Shown here: positions 49,546 to 59,779 of the stretch, piece by piece
Layout: the number at the start of each line of letters is the position of its first letter
Position numbering within the stretch: the first letter of the stretch is position 1
Source: Legionella sp.
GTDB taxonomy: Bacteria > Pseudomonadota > Gammaproteobacteria > Legionellales > Legionellaceae
Length of the DNA stretch: 64,000 nucleotides
Direction: 5' to 3'
Assembly: GCA_017306715.1 (NCBI GenBank)
Contig: JAFKHV010000017.1
Location: 5,220 to 69,219 of the forward strand
The notes under the pieces: generated by a model
Databases searched by the model: none
Seen by the model: only the letters and a program-made list of their open reading frames with translations
Told to the model about the DNA's origin: nothing
Translations under genes and position numbers: made by a program

Positions 49546-51327
49546 ATGCGTACACACTACAATTTGAGCGTGAATGAGGCATTATTAGGACAAGAAGTTA
49601 CGATTTGCGGTTGGGTGCACAATCGTCGCGATCATGGTGGTGTTGTTTTTTTGGATATTCGCGACCGCTCAGGAATAGTTCAAGCAGTCTATGAGCCAGA
49701 ATTGGCCTCTGTATTTGCCGAGGCGGAGAAATTACGCTCGGAGTATGTTGTTAAAATTACCGGTAAAGTTCGTCGTCGTCCCGAAGGGATGGTGAATCCA
49801 AATATGGCCACAGGTGCTGTAGAAATTCTGGGTGAACAACTGGAGATATTAAACCAATCCCCAACGCCGCCATTTCTTCCTGATGATTTCCAAATTGTAA
49901 GCGATGACTTGCGCTATAAGTACCGCTATTTGGATTTGCGTCGTACGAGCCTGCAAAATAAATTAATACTGCGCCATAAAATGAATGCATGCATTCGTAA
50001 TTATTTAAATCAGCGGGATTTTCTCGACATTGAAACTCCTATGCTCACCAAAGCCACTCCCGAGGGCGCCCGTGATTATTTGGTACCATCTCGAGTTCAC
50101 CCAGGACAGTTTTACGCATTACCCCAATCTCCTCAGCTGTTTAAGCAGTTACTGATGATGTCTGGATTTGATAAATATTACCAAATCGTACGTTGTTTTC
50201 GTGATGAGGACTTAAGAGCAGATCGCCAACCTGAATTCACTCAGCTTGATATTGAAATGGCATTTATCGATGAAGAGCATATTCTAAATCTGATTGAAGG
50301 CCTTTTAAAGACCATATTCAAAGAGCTGCTTGCCGTTGATTTGCCTGAGCAACTCCCGCGAATGACTTATGCTGAGGCAATGCGACGCTTCGGGAGTGAT
50401 AAACCGGATCTGCGTAATCCTTTAGAGTTGATTGATGTTGCGGATTTGCTGACCCAATGTGATTTTAAAGTATTTTCTAACGCAGCGAATGATCCTGAGT
50501 CACGGGTGGTTGCTTTAAAATTACCGAATGGCTGTGCATTGAGCCGCAAAGAACTAGATGACTATGGTGTATTTGTAGGCATATATGGTGCAAAAGGATT
50601 AGCTTACATCAAAGTTAATGATCGCGGCGCGGGAATGGAAGGGCTGCAATCACCTATTTTAAAATTTCTGGCACCCGAAATTGTCGAGGCATTATTAAAT
50701 CGTGTCGAAGCCCAAACGGGTGATGTTGTATTCTTTGGCTCTGACAAAACCCATATTGTTAATGAATCGATGGGCGCGTTACGCAACAAATTAGGGCATG
50801 ATCGTAAACTAATTTCTGAAGGGTGGGCTTTATTGTGGGTTATTGACTGGCCTATGTTCGAAAAAGATTATGGAAACAATCGCTTACAAGCGATGCATCA
50901 TCCGTTTACGTCTCCTAAAGAGCTATCTGCTGAATCATTATGTGCAAATCCTACTCACACTTTAGCTAAAGCTTATGATATAGTAATAAACGGCTATGAA
51001 ATTGGTGGCGGTTCCATTCGTATACACCAGCCGGAATTACAAAAAGCTGTATTCAGCCTATTGGGAATAAGCGAGCAAGAGGCACAAGACAAATTTGGCT
51101 TTCTTTTAGAAGCATTACAATATGGCGCACCTCCTCATGGAGGAATAGCCTTAGGAATAGACAGGCTAGCCATGTTGTTGACAGGCTCTAACTCGATTAG
51201 AGATGTTATTGCGTTTCCTAAAACGCAAAATGCTTCATGTCTTTTAACCTCTGCTCCGACGCATACGGGTGAGGCGCAGCTTAATGAACTGGGAATAAAA
51301 CTTGCAACATCGAATCCAAAAAAATAA
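49546..51327 (+). CDS. aspS: Aspartate--tRNA ligase
   Basis: OB-fold N-terminus ([19 protein letters not shown]) and class II motifs [18 protein letters not shown] and GGGSIRIH...GIDRL. Confidence 0.95.
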   Translation: MRTHYNLSVNEALLGQEVTICGWVHNRRDHGGVVFLDIRDRSGIVQAVYEPELASVFAEAEKLRSEYVVKITGKVRRRPEGMVNPNMATGAVEILGEQLEILNQSPTPPFLPDDFQIVSDDLRYKYRYLDLRRTSLQNKLILRHKMNACIRNYLNQRDFLDIETPMLTKATPEGARDYLVPSRVHPGQFYALPQSPQLFKQLLMMSGFDKYYQIVRCFRDEDLRADRQPEFTQLDIEMAFIDEEHILNLIEGLLKTIFKELLAVDLPEQLPRMTYAEAMRRFGSDKPDLRNPLELIDVADLLTQCDFKVFSNAANDPESRVVALKLPNGCALSRKELDDYGVFVGIYGAKGLAYIKVNDRGAGMEGLQSPILKFLAPEIVEALLNRVEAQTGDVVFFGSDKTHIVNESMGALRNKLGHDRKLISEGWALLWVIDWPMFEKDYGNNRLQAMHHPFTSPKELSAESLCANPTHTLAKAYDIVINGYEIGGGSIRIHQPELQKAVFSLLGISEQEAQDKFGFLLEALQYGAPPHGGIALGIDRLAMLLTGSNSIRDVIAFPKTQNASCLLTSAPTHTGEAQLNELGIKLATSNPKK

Positions 51328-54310
51328 CGGGCAACATCAGCGCCTCACCCAGCGGTGTGGCGCTTTAATATTGGGCATTCTATTTAGCTTGTCATCCAGT
51401 TGGTGTTTGGCAAAAAACCAACCCTTGGCTAAAGTGGTGCCCTCTGTAGTTGCGCAAACCAAGGCTACGGCGACCTTCAGTGAATATTTAAATCAGGAAA
51501 AAGAGCATTTAACTCGCGCTATTAGCGAGGCAAAATTATTTATTCCTCCAAAAAATGAACAAGAGTATAAAGCTAAAACTGAAGAAGTTACTTCAATCCT
51601 GAAGATGACCCAGATAAAGATTAACAATTTCGAAGGGTTTTTAGAGCAACTCAATCAAGAGCAATCGGCGCTTGGGCAGCGTTTAAAGCACCTGCAGCAA
51701 TTACCTGTAGTGAAAGAAGGATTAACCGTTGAAGAACGGGTCGCAAAAGTTGAAGCATTAATTACGATAAATAAAGAAAATATTCAAACCATCAATGAGG
51801 ATATTAACCTTGCAAAAGAATTTAATACCACTCTTGAGGATAAAATAAATCAACTTGAATTTTGGTACGAAAATTATCTTCTTGAGCAACGACTTTTGAC
51901 GATTAAATCGACTAAAGCAAAATTAAATCAAGAGTTAGCTAAACTTTACCGGGAAATCCCCACAACAACATCACCCGATGTTAAGAATAAAGCGCTGCAG
52001 AGGAAAGCTACAGCCGTTGTATTACCTAATAATGCAGATTATGAAGCACGATTGCTGGTTAATAATCAGCATATAGCGATTATTCAATTTCAATTGAATA
52101 CCCTGGCAACAGAAAAAAAGATAATTCGCGCAGATTTAATGCATTTAAAAAATCCAGATAACAAAACATTACAAGTTGTAACCGATCTTTATAAAGATGC
52201 CTTAAACCAATATGCAAAAATCGAAAAATCATTAAAGCAAATTGATGCCATACTCAATAATCAAACACCTGCGGTTAAAAGTTTAGAGTTAAAAAAATCA
52301 ATTCATACACTGCAACTGTTGATAAATGAACACCTCCAAAAGATTTCTGAGCATAAACAAACAGTATTGCAAAATCTTAACGACTTCCAAAGCCAGCTGA
52401 AACAAATGATCTCATCTCGGCAAACCCTTGCAGAATATAATATTGGTAGTTGGCCGATTATTATGAAGAAAATCGCTGCAATACCTGGTATGTTGTATAA
52501 ATATGTTAAAATCTTAAGTTTAAAAGTATATGACAGTTATACCTGGTTGACACCGGTTGCTGTAGTCTTTTTCTGGACAGTTTTTGGCGCCATTTCCATT
52601 GCTTTTTTTCTACTCAATCGATTCCTTAGAAGCTTGCGTGGAAACAAAGAGCGCTCTCGTTTGGCGGGATACTTGTATGAAGGGGCAATAATCTTAATCG
52701 AACGGAATGTGATTTACTTATGGGCCACCAGTATCCTCTTGTTTGTTTTTTATATCACCCATATTTCTTTTGCTAATTATCAGCTCGTAGTTAAGCTCAT
52801 TGCGGTATGGTTCATTTTTCGTATTTTCATTCTCATCGCGCGCCTGGTCCTTTTGGAAAGCATTACGGATGCTTCCGGTAAAGATGTCAAACTATACTAT
52901 CGACTCAAATGGCTTCTATTGCTTGGTGGATGGACTACCTCATTAATGACTATTGGCAATTTATTACCCCTTTCCCCCTTGTTACAAGATATTTTTAATC
53001 GTTTATTTATGTTATTCATGCTCACGGTATCTTTGGTAGCCTGGAAAAGCAGGGAAGTAATCCGGTATTTAATATGGCCTTTGGTCACGAATAAGAAAAA
53101 ATATATTCATAATGCGGTTTCAATATTAATAACATTAATACCCATAACCATATTTTCTACCGCGGTGATTGGGTTGGCAGGATTTATCAATCTGGCCTGG
53201 ACCATGAGCCAATACCAGGCAAATGCACTGATTGTGCTCGTCGCTTATATCCTTGCTCGTGGGCTATTGTTTGATGCGTTGGAGTTATTCTCCGAGTGGA
53301 TGATTTCAACCTTACGTAATGGTTGGTTGTGGATTGAAGTATTCTTAAAGCCCGTAGATCGTATTATTCGCACGGGATTGATCATCATCAGCTGTATTAT
53401 TTTAGGCAAACTTTACGGATTAAGCACGGACTCAATTATTGTGGTGGGCCTGGAGAATGTAGCTAAATATCCGATTGTCAATATCCCAGGAATTCATGTT
53501 ACCGTTGCAAGCACGATTGCCTTTTTTATTCTTTTAGCCAGTTTTATTTGGGCAGCACGCTGGACCCGAGAGTTCTGTTATCGCTGGCTGTTTCGTGGCA
53601 CCAAAGATGCGGGTATTCGCAATAGTTTATCCGTGTTTAGCCAATACGCAGTGGTTTTGGTGGGTAGTGTGGTCACATTGCATGTCCTGGGGTTTGATTT
53701 TAGTGGTATGTCGATGATCATTGGGGGCTTGGCAGTGGGTATGGGATTTGGGTTACGTGATTTTGCCAGCAACATTGTTGGGGGCATTATGTTACTTATC
53801 GAGCGACCCGTGCGCGAAGGGGATTTGGTGACTATCGGCGAGCATGAAGGTCGTGTAGCCCACATTGGTATCCGCTGTATGCGCGTCTCTTCTTGGGATA
53901 ATATGGAAGTACTTATCCCCAATGCCGAAACATTTAACAAGCCCTTTACCAATTGGACGCATCAGGATGGTATCGTGCGTACGGTTATTCCCATTAAAGT
54001 CAGTCGCGCTGATGATCCGGTTATTGTACAACAGTTGATATTAGACGTGTTGGCAACAACACCTGAAATTGTGAGTGATCCGCCAGCACAAGTATTCCTT
54101 AAAAAAATTGATGCTGCGTTGGTAGAATTTGAAGCACGGTACTTTGTTGATGTACAAATCCATACCCGTATTGAAGTGCAATCCAAGGTGTTGTTTGCAA
54201 TTACCGAACAATTTAAAGCGGCAAACATTAAGCCTCCCATTGAGCCGATTGCCGTAGAATTAAAGGAAAAAAATGAAGTGCCTGCGCGCATTGCCGCCCC
54301 CACAAAGTGA
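51302..54310 (+). CDS. Large MscS-family mechanosensitive channel (MscK/KefA-like)
   Basis: Signal and coiled-coil periplasmic N-terminus, about 11 TM helices, and an MscS core ([13 protein letters not shown]...[23 protein letters not shown]). The only in-frame start before the signal peptide is the TTG at 51302, overlapping aspS, so the start is uncertain. Confidence 0.85.
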   Translation: MQHRIQKNNGQHQRLTQRCGALILGILFSLSSSWCLAKNQPLAKVVPSVVAQTKATATFSEYLNQEKEHLTRAISEAKLFIPPKNEQEYKAKTEEVTSILKMTQIKINNFEGFLEQLNQEQSALGQRLKHLQQLPVVKEGLTVEERVAKVEALITINKENIQTINEDINLAKEFNTTLEDKINQLEFWYENYLLEQRLLTIKSTKAKLNQELAKLYREIPTTTSPDVKNKALQRKATAVVLPNNADYEARLLVNNQHIAIIQFQLNTLATEKKIIRADLMHLKNPDNKTLQVVTDLYKDALNQYAKIEKSLKQIDAILNNQTPAVKSLELKKSIHTLQLLINEHLQKISEHKQTVLQNLNDFQSQLKQMISSRQTLAEYNIGSWPIIMKKIAAIPGMLYKYVKILSLKVYDSYTWLTPVAVVFFWTVFGAISIAFFLLNRFLRSLRGNKERSRLAGYLYEGAIILIERNVIYLWATSILLFVFYITHISFANYQLVVKLIAVWFIFRIFILIARLVLLESITDASGKDVKLYYRLKWLLLLGGWTTSLMTIGNLLPLSPLLQDIFNRLFMLFMLTVSLVAWKSREVIRYLIWPLVTNKKKYIHNAVSILITLIPITIFSTAVIGLAGFINLAWTMSQYQANALIVLVAYILARGLLFDALELFSEWMISTLRNGWLWIEVFLKPVDRIIRTGLIIISCIILGKLYGLSTDSIIVVGLENVAKYPIVNIPGIHVTVASTIAFFILLASFIWAARWTREFCYRWLFRGTKDAGIRNSLSVFSQYAVVLVGSVVTLHVLGFDFSGMSMIIGGLAVGMGFGLRDFASNIVGGIMLLIERPVREGDLVTIGEHEGRVAHIGIRCMRVSSWDNMEVLIPNAETFNKPFTNWTHQDGIVRTVIPIKVSRADDPVIVQQLILDVLATTPEIVSDPPAQVFLKKIDAALVEFEARYFVDVQIHTRIEVQSKVLFAITEQFKAANIKPPIEPIAVELKEKNEVPARIAAPTK

Positions 54311-54953
54311 GGAAGAGCTATTGCAACGGTGCCAAACGATTGCAGGACTAAGTTTTAGCCAGTTATGTGCTTATGTGGGTGTGCAAATACCCGAGCAAGA
54401 ATCGCAACGCAAAGGTTGGATTGGTCAGGTCATTGAACAAGCACTCGGTGCTGATGGGAAAAACCTGGCTCGCCCTGACTTCCAGGAATTAGGTATTGAA
54501 TTAAAAACCCTGCCATTGTCGGCACGACATATCCCTTCCGAATCGACCTTTATTACCACGATTCCTTTACTCACTATCCATCAGGAATCCTGGGAAAACT
54601 CCTCGTGCTTTGCCAAATTAAAAAGAGTGTTATGGCTCCCAGTTGAGGGAGATGCCACGATTCCCTATGCGCACAGACGTATTGGACAAGCCTTCTTATG
54701 GTCACCTGTTGATGAAGACCTCCGTATTCTTAAAGAGGATTGGATTTATTTAACTTCGCAAATTGTTCTGGGGTGTTTAGACGAATTAGACGCCACAGTG
54801 GGCACTTATTTACAGATTAGACCCAAAGGGGCTAACGGTAAGTCGTTGTGTTACGCGTTTGACCGTGAAGGGAATAAAGTGAAAACGCTTCCTCGAGGTT
54901 TTTATTTACGAAGCCGGTTTACGGCGATGCTTTTGAACCAGGTAAATAATTAA
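54273..54953 (+). CDS. mutH: DNA mismatch repair endonuclease MutH
   Basis: [63 protein letters not shown] and LPRGFYLR are colinear with E. coli MutH. Confidence 0.85.
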   Translation: MKCLRALPPPQSEEELLQRCQTIAGLSFSQLCAYVGVQIPEQESQRKGWIGQVIEQALGADGKNLARPDFQELGIELKTLPLSARHIPSESTFITTIPLLTIHQESWENSSCFAKLKRVLWLPVEGDATIPYAHRRIGQAFLWSPVDEDLRILKEDWIYLTSQIVLGCLDELDATVGTYLQIRPKGANGKSLCYAFDREGNKVKTLPRGFYLRSRFTAMLLNQVNN

Positions 54954-55021
54954 TTATAATGAGAAGTGTTCTTCTCCTCGCCCATATTCTATTGGAGGGA
55001 GAGGAGCAATTAACGATTAGA

Positions 55022-55840
55022 TCAAATATTAGCGTATTGTTGATTAGTAGACTTTTCTTCATTAAATTTTTGCCATGATGCAAGCACTAAACCAATATTT
55101 GCCTTAATGACCTCACTCACGATTTGTTTTAGGGATGTGGGTATATTTTTTGTTAGCTTAATAAAATTGCCTGGTTTTGAAAAATAAGCCATGGTCGCCT
55201 GGAGAAAGTCTTTATCGAGTGAAAGCTCGTTTTTTCTTAACTTCTCGAGCATGTGATTTAGCGTGTAAAGTGGTTCGTGAGCATGAACGATTGAATCATG
55301 GGTAAACATCCCGGAAATAAATTTTGAGAAAGAATTTTTTTGTTTATCTTCCGTATCATTAAAATTCACTTTTTTGTTGAAATTAAATTGGAGGAACTCT
55401 TTTTTACAATATGGGGTTAAACATAATAAAAGGCGCGGCAAAGAGCTATGATTTAAGACATCAGGATTAGGATCTTTAATACACCAGATGTATACCAATC
55501 TCATTTTTTCAACGTCTTCAGCCAATGAGTCAATCTGAAAGTTTTTTAAACAAAACCCGATGATGCCCATATAAAACGCTGTAGTCGTTAATGATTTAAT
55601 AAATTCAGGAACGGGTAATAACCAGCTCGCCACAGTAGTATTCGCCCATATCGTAAACGCTTGTTGCATACATTTGTAAAGAAGCATGCGATGAACTTTT
55701 AATTCGAAATCATCCACTAAAATATTTAGTTGTGTTATTTGCTCGGGTGAGGCATTAAAAGGGGTGGCAAGAAGTTTATTTAAGTTATTTTTTGCTGCAG
55801 TCTTGGTCTGATTTATTTGCTCAATCTTTTGAAACATCAT
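55022..55840 (-). CDS. Hypothetical protein (272 aa) with central hydrophobic hairpin, candidate effector
   Basis: AT-rich ORF with no signal peptide. Hydrophobic pair TVASWLLPVPEFIKSLTTTAFYMGIIGFCL. C-terminal tail WQKFNEEKSTNQQYANI. Confidence 0.55.
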   Translation of the reverse strand: MMFQKIEQINQTKTAAKNNLNKLLATPFNASPEQITQLNILVDDFELKVHRMLLYKCMQQAFTIWANTTVASWLLPVPEFIKSLTTTAFYMGIIGFCLKNFQIDSLAEDVEKMRLVYIWCIKDPNPDVLNHSSLPRLLLCLTPYCKKEFLQFNFNKKVNFNDTEDKQKNSFSKFISGMFTHDSIVHAHEPLYTLNHMLEKLRKNELSLDKDFLQATMAYFSKPGNFIKLTKNIPTSLKQIVSEVIKANIGLVLASWQKFNEEKSTNQQYANI

Positions 55841-56022
55841 TTACTCCTGTAGGGTCAATCTTAAACTCCAAAACCATAGTACCGTAAAGAATTTTAAAAA
55901 AATATTTTTTTAAGCGGCTTCCTTTATTTTTTATAAAAAATAACACAACTGACCCTTCAACATTGACAAATTGGTCATTAATTACTAATCTTGACTTGTG
56001 CAGTGCACCACAAGGAGAGAAA

Positions 56023-56826
56023 ATGAAAAACATGAATATGAATATTGATATGAAAATGTTTCGCGGTATGGATATCCCATTGCAACAAATGATGGAATTA
56101 AATTTTAAAACCTTACGCGGTATGTCCTTTGTTAAGGCGAGTGATTTAATGAGCATGAGAAATCCTGAGGAAATGTTTTCCCGTAATATGGATATGCTGT
56201 TTCAAAACAGTCAAATGGCTCTGGATTACATGCGTAAATCGTTCGATATTATGGGCGATCATTGGTTCAATATGTCCCATCGCACCAATGAGCAAATGAA
56301 TGATATGATGGATCGTAACATGTCCATGATGTCACAAAATCCCATGGAGCGTGCATCGTCAATGATGTCTGACTCTCTTAAACAATCTGGCAACATGATG
56401 AAAAAAGCTTCTTCATCCAGCAGTTCAAGAAAGTCACCAGCAAAAAGTTCCGCTAAACCTGCAGCGAAAAGTGCCTCTTCCAGAAGCAGCACTTCCGCTA
56501 AAAGTTCAAGTGTGAAAAGCTCATCTGCTTCTAAGTCTTCCTCCAGTTCAAGCCGAAAAGCCGGAAGTTCGATGATGAAAAGTGCGCAACCTGCTAAAAA
56601 GACTGCAAGCACTAAAAGCTCTTCTTCTAAAACTGGTTCAACAATGAAGAAGCCTATGCAATCTTCTGCTAAACAGCCTGAGTCTATGCATAAATCAAAT
56701 GGCAGCAGTCAGCAAGGTAAAGCACAAGTTCATGCTATGAATGATAAACATCATGGCCACACTCAAGATAAAGGACATGATATGTCTAAATCGATGGGCG
56801 GTGAGAAATCAGCTTCCAAGATGTAA
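56023..56826 (+). CDS. Phasin-like protein with extremely Met-rich N-domain, Ser/Lys/Ala low-complexity linker and His-rich C-terminus
   Basis: The ATG at 56023 is preceded by AGGAGA. The N-domain (LQQMMELNFKTLRGMSF...PEEMFSRNMDMLFQNSQMALDYMRKSF) resembles the phasin_2 family. SSSSSSRKSPAKSSAKPAAKSASSRSS... follows, then HAMNDKHHGHTQDKGHD. The family call is tentative. Confidence 0.5.
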   Translation: MKNMNMNIDMKMFRGMDIPLQQMMELNFKTLRGMSFVKASDLMSMRNPEEMFSRNMDMLFQNSQMALDYMRKSFDIMGDHWFNMSHRTNEQMNDMMDRNMSMMSQNPMERASSMMSDSLKQSGNMMKKASSSSSSRKSPAKSSAKPAAKSASSRSSTSAKSSSVKSSSASKSSSSSSRKAGSSMMKSAQPAKKTASTKSSSSKTGSTMKKPMQSSAKQPESMHKSNGSSQQGKAQVHAMNDKHHGHTQDKGHDMSKSMGGEKSASKM

Positions 56827-56840
56827 TCAGTTAAATAAAA

Positions 56841-56859
56841 ATGCCGCGTAAAGCGGCAT
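56841..56859. terminator. Bidirectional intrinsic terminator between convergent phasin-like gene and yfcH
   Basis: ATGCCGC (56841-56847) pairs with GCGGCAT (56853-56859) across a 5-nt loop. AAAA precedes it and TTTTATTTT follows. Confidence 0.7.
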
Positions 56860-56869
56860 TTTTATTTTA

Positions 56870-57790
56870 TTAAGAATATTCTTTGAGTAAGGCCGCGCGT
56901 AAATCTGGATAGTTAAACGTGAATTGCGCATCAAGCAACCTTCGCGGTGAAACTGCTTGTCCAGAGAGTAATAGCTCCTCACCCATTTCTCCGAAAGCCA
57001 TACGCACAAACCAGGATGGAAGTTTTAAAAATGTCGGTCGATGTAAGCATTCCGCTAAAATTGTATTGAAGCTCTTCTGAGATACAGGCTCCTGCGCAAC
57101 ACAATTTACGGCCCCTTGAATCTCAGGATGCGCCAAGAGAAATTTAATCGCCTGCACTAAGTCGTGATAATGAATCCAGGATAAGGGTTGTTCACCATTA
57201 CCAAGCGTGGCTCCTAAACCAAACCTGGCAGGTAGTTCAAGTTTTTTAAGCATCCCTTCATTTTTTTTAAGGACTACACCGAAGCGCATTAAAGTAACTG
57301 GAACTGCAAATTGTTCACCGATTAAAGCGGCAAGCTCCCATTGGTGAACCAAGTTGGTGGCAAAACATGAGGGTGCGTGAGGAATAGGTTCATCTTCATC
57401 TAGAGGATAAGCAGGAAGGGTTTTGTGTAATCCATAAATGCTCACGGCACTTGCATTATATAAATGAGGCTTTTTGGTTTTCGCTTTCGCTGCCCACTGC
57501 ACCAGTTTTTCTGTTGGGAACAAACGGCTTGTCAATAAGCGTTCTTTTACTTTTGCAGACCAACGTTGGTCTCCGATATTTTCACCACAAAGATTAATTA
57601 TGGCATCGAAAAGATCCGGATTAAGGCCTGTCAGTTCATCCCAATGGCATGCAGTAACTTTATCTTTGAATAGGGATTTGATTTTTTCTTTATCGCGTCC
57701 AATAACATAAAGTTCGTGACCTGACTGGAGTAATTCGGGCACCAGAACGGATCCAACAAACCCTGTACCACCACCAATAATTATTTTCAT
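56870..57790 (-). CDS. yfcH: Epimerase-family NAD-binding protein YfcH (TIGR01777-type, DUF1731 C-terminus)
   Basis: MKIIIGGGTGFVGS Rossmann motif, INLCGENI and a C-terminal LLLSGQAVSPRRLLDAQFTFNYPDL pattern. Confidence 0.8.
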   Translation of the reverse strand: MKIIIGGGTGFVGSVLVPELLQSGHELYVIGRDKEKIKSLFKDKVTACHWDELTGLNPDLFDAIINLCGENIGDQRWSAKVKERLLTSRLFPTEKLVQWAAKAKTKKPHLYNASAVSIYGLHKTLPAYPLDEDEPIPHAPSCFATNLVHQWELAALIGEQFAVPVTLMRFGVVLKKNEGMLKKLELPARFGLGATLGNGEQPLSWIHYHDLVQAIKFLLAHPEIQGAVNCVAQEPVSQKSFNTILAECLHRPTFLKLPSWFVRMAFGEMGEELLLSGQAVSPRRLLDAQFTFNYPDLRAALLKEYS

Positions 57791-57874
57791 GAAGCGATTC
57801 CTTTATGCTTTGCACTTGGTTGTACTCTTAGGCAATAATACCGTAATTTTTAAATTTCCCAAATGAAAATGACT

Positions 57875-58480
57875 ATGGCAAAACTTTATTTTTACTATGC
57901 AGCAATGAATGCAGGCAAAAGCACCGTTCTCTTGCAATCCAGTTATAATTACAAAGAGCGCGGCATGCATACGTTACTCTTCACCCCAGCAATTGATAAT
58001 CGCTACCAACAGGGCGTTATTCATTCACGGATTGGACTTAATGAACAGGCCTATGCCTTTAAAGAAGCCGATGATTTGTATGAAATCGTACGCCTGCAGC
58101 AACAAAAGTATGCGTGTATTTTAATCGATGAAGCTCAGTTTCTAACCCGCGACCAAGTACATCAGCTTACAGAAATTTGTGATCAGGAACGTATACCGGT
58201 ATTGGCTTATGGCCTAAGAACAGACTTTCGTGGTGAATTGTTTATTGGAAGTCAATATCTTTTAGCATGGGCTGATGAGCTGATTGAGTTGAAAACTATT
58301 TGTCATTGCGGACGCAAAGCCACCATGAATCTACGTCTCAATATGCAGGGGCAGGTCATTGCTGAGGGTGAGCAAGTGTGTATCGGTGGTAATGAGCTTT
58401 ACGCGTCAACCTGTCGTATCCACTTTAAAAAACAGCAACCACAAACTATGATTGAAGAAGAAACATGCATGCACGCTTAG
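57875..58480 (+). CDS. tdk: Thymidine kinase
   Basis: [31 protein letters not shown] is near-identical in pattern to E. coli Tdk. C-terminal Zn-ribbon CHCGRKA...C. Confidence 0.9.
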   Translation: MAKLYFYYAAMNAGKSTVLLQSSYNYKERGMHTLLFTPAIDNRYQQGVIHSRIGLNEQAYAFKEADDLYEIVRLQQQKYACILIDEAQFLTRDQVHQLTEICDQERIPVLAYGLRTDFRGELFIGSQYLLAWADELIELKTICHCGRKATMNLRLNMQGQVIAEGEQVCIGGNELYASTCRIHFKKQQPQTMIEEETCMHA

Positions 58481-58488
58481 GAGGGAAT

Positions 58489-59487
58489 ATGAAAGCTGCG
58501 GTGATTTCAGCATTTGGCGACACCTCACAATTTAAGGTCGAGGAGCTTGCCAAACCAGTCGTGAAAGAAGGCTATGTTTTAGTTAAAGTGATTGCAACCA
58601 GCGTCAACCCCGTCGATTGTAAAATCCGTTCAGGTAAGTATGGAGAGCTTGCTCCTGCATTTCCCGCGGTTTTACATGGTGATTTTGCCGGTATTATTGA
58701 AGAAGTGGGGCCTGGCGTTACAGAGTTTAAGGTTGGTGATGAGGTCTATGGTTGTGCAGGGGGTTTTAAAGAAGAGCCAGGTGCTTTAGCCGAATATATG
58801 CTCGCTGATGCGCAATTAATTGCCCCTAAGCCTAAAAATCTAACCATGCTGGAGGCGGCAGCGTTGCCTTTAGTCGCAATTACGGCCTGGGAAGCTTTGT
58901 TTGAAAAAATTAATTTAACCGCCAAACAAAATATTTTGGTCCATGCGGGTGTGGGAGGGGTTGGTCATATCGCCGTACAATTAGCAAAATGGGCTGGCGC
59001 AAAAGTTTATGCGACTATTTCTTCAGTCGATAAAGCAGCACTTGCTCAAGCGATGGGAGCTGATGAAACGATTAACTATCGTGCCGAATCGGTAGCACAG
59101 TATGTGCAACGATGCACTGATGGTCATGGCTTTGATGTGGTTTTTGATACGGTCGGTGGCGATAATCTAGCTCAATCTTTGGCCGCTGTAAGCTTATACG
59201 GTACCGTGGCTACAATACAAGCTCATGGTGCTCATGATCTGACGTCACTCCATATGCACTCGGCAAGTCTTCATGCAGTTTTTATGCTGATACCTCTTTT
59301 ATATTCCATTCAAAGAGCGCGGCACGGGCACATATTACGAAAGATAACAGAGCTCGTGGAGCAAGGGCATTTACGCCCCCTTATTTCACCAAAGCAATTT
59401 TCCTTAGACGATGTGGGTGAGGCGCATGCATTACTGGAATCGGGTAAAGCAATTGGGAAAGTAGGAATTCAAGTGCAAAACCCATGA
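58489..59487 (+). CDS. Zinc-type alcohol dehydrogenase/quinone oxidoreductase (MDR superfamily)
   Basis: MKAAVISAFGD..., GDEVYG and the Rossmann motif VHAGVGGVGHIAVQLAK. The start at 58489 has GGAGGG upstream. Confidence 0.85.
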   Translation: MKAAVISAFGDTSQFKVEELAKPVVKEGYVLVKVIATSVNPVDCKIRSGKYGELAPAFPAVLHGDFAGIIEEVGPGVTEFKVGDEVYGCAGGFKEEPGALAEYMLADAQLIAPKPKNLTMLEAAALPLVAITAWEALFEKINLTAKQNILVHAGVGGVGHIAVQLAKWAGAKVYATISSVDKAALAQAMGADETINYRAESVAQYVQRCTDGHGFDVVFDTVGGDNLAQSLAAVSLYGTVATIQAHGAHDLTSLHMHSASLHAVFMLIPLLYSIQRARHGHILRKITELVEQGHLRPLISPKQFSLDDVGEAHALLESGKAIGKVGIQVQNP

Positions 59488-59548
59488 TTGATTTATTCGC
59501 TTATTGGGCTAAATTTAAATAGTCTGTATCACATTATGGAGAATGACC

Positions 59549-59671
59549 ATGTCCAAGAAAGACAAATTTAAAAATGAATCACAAGATGCCCGTCGCCATG
59601 ATCAACAACACGAAGTACATCCACCACGTAAAGATAAAGACCATGTAAAAGACAAGCATAAGCCTCGATAG
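59549..59671 (+). CDS. Possible 40-aa highly basic/hydrophilic small protein (below ORF-track cutoff)
   Basis: The ATG at 59549 is preceded by GGAGAA. It translates as MSKKDKFKNESQDARRHDQQHEVHPPRKDKDHVKDKHKPR. A 14-bp hairpin follows at 59679-59714 and needs G-U pairs only on the plus strand. Confidence 0.3.
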   Translation: MSKKDKFKNESQDARRHDQQHEVHPPRKDKDHVKDKHKPR

Positions 59672-59779
59672 TTTCTACACTCTTATTGGCCGCCTAAAGA
59701 CGGTTAATAAGAGTAATTTCCACTTTTTATCTTTACATATTGCTGCGCGACTGCCTTAGCGTTTTTTTAATTATAAAGC

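Noticed and set aside
55821-56156. 111-aa minus-strand ORF spanning the divergent promoter region between the 272-aa orphan and the phasin-like gene.
   Set aside because: It overlaps the 5' ends of both neighbouring genes and has a very hydrophobic/Phe-Ile-rich composition from AT-rich intergenic DNA. No RBS is present.
56259-56612. 117-aa minus-strand ORF rich in Leu/Glu/Ala, opposite the phasin-like gene.
   Set aside because: It is the antisense reading of the Ser/Lys/Ala low-complexity tract (AGC/AAA/GCT codons read backwards). It has no start context and is an artefact of repeat composition.
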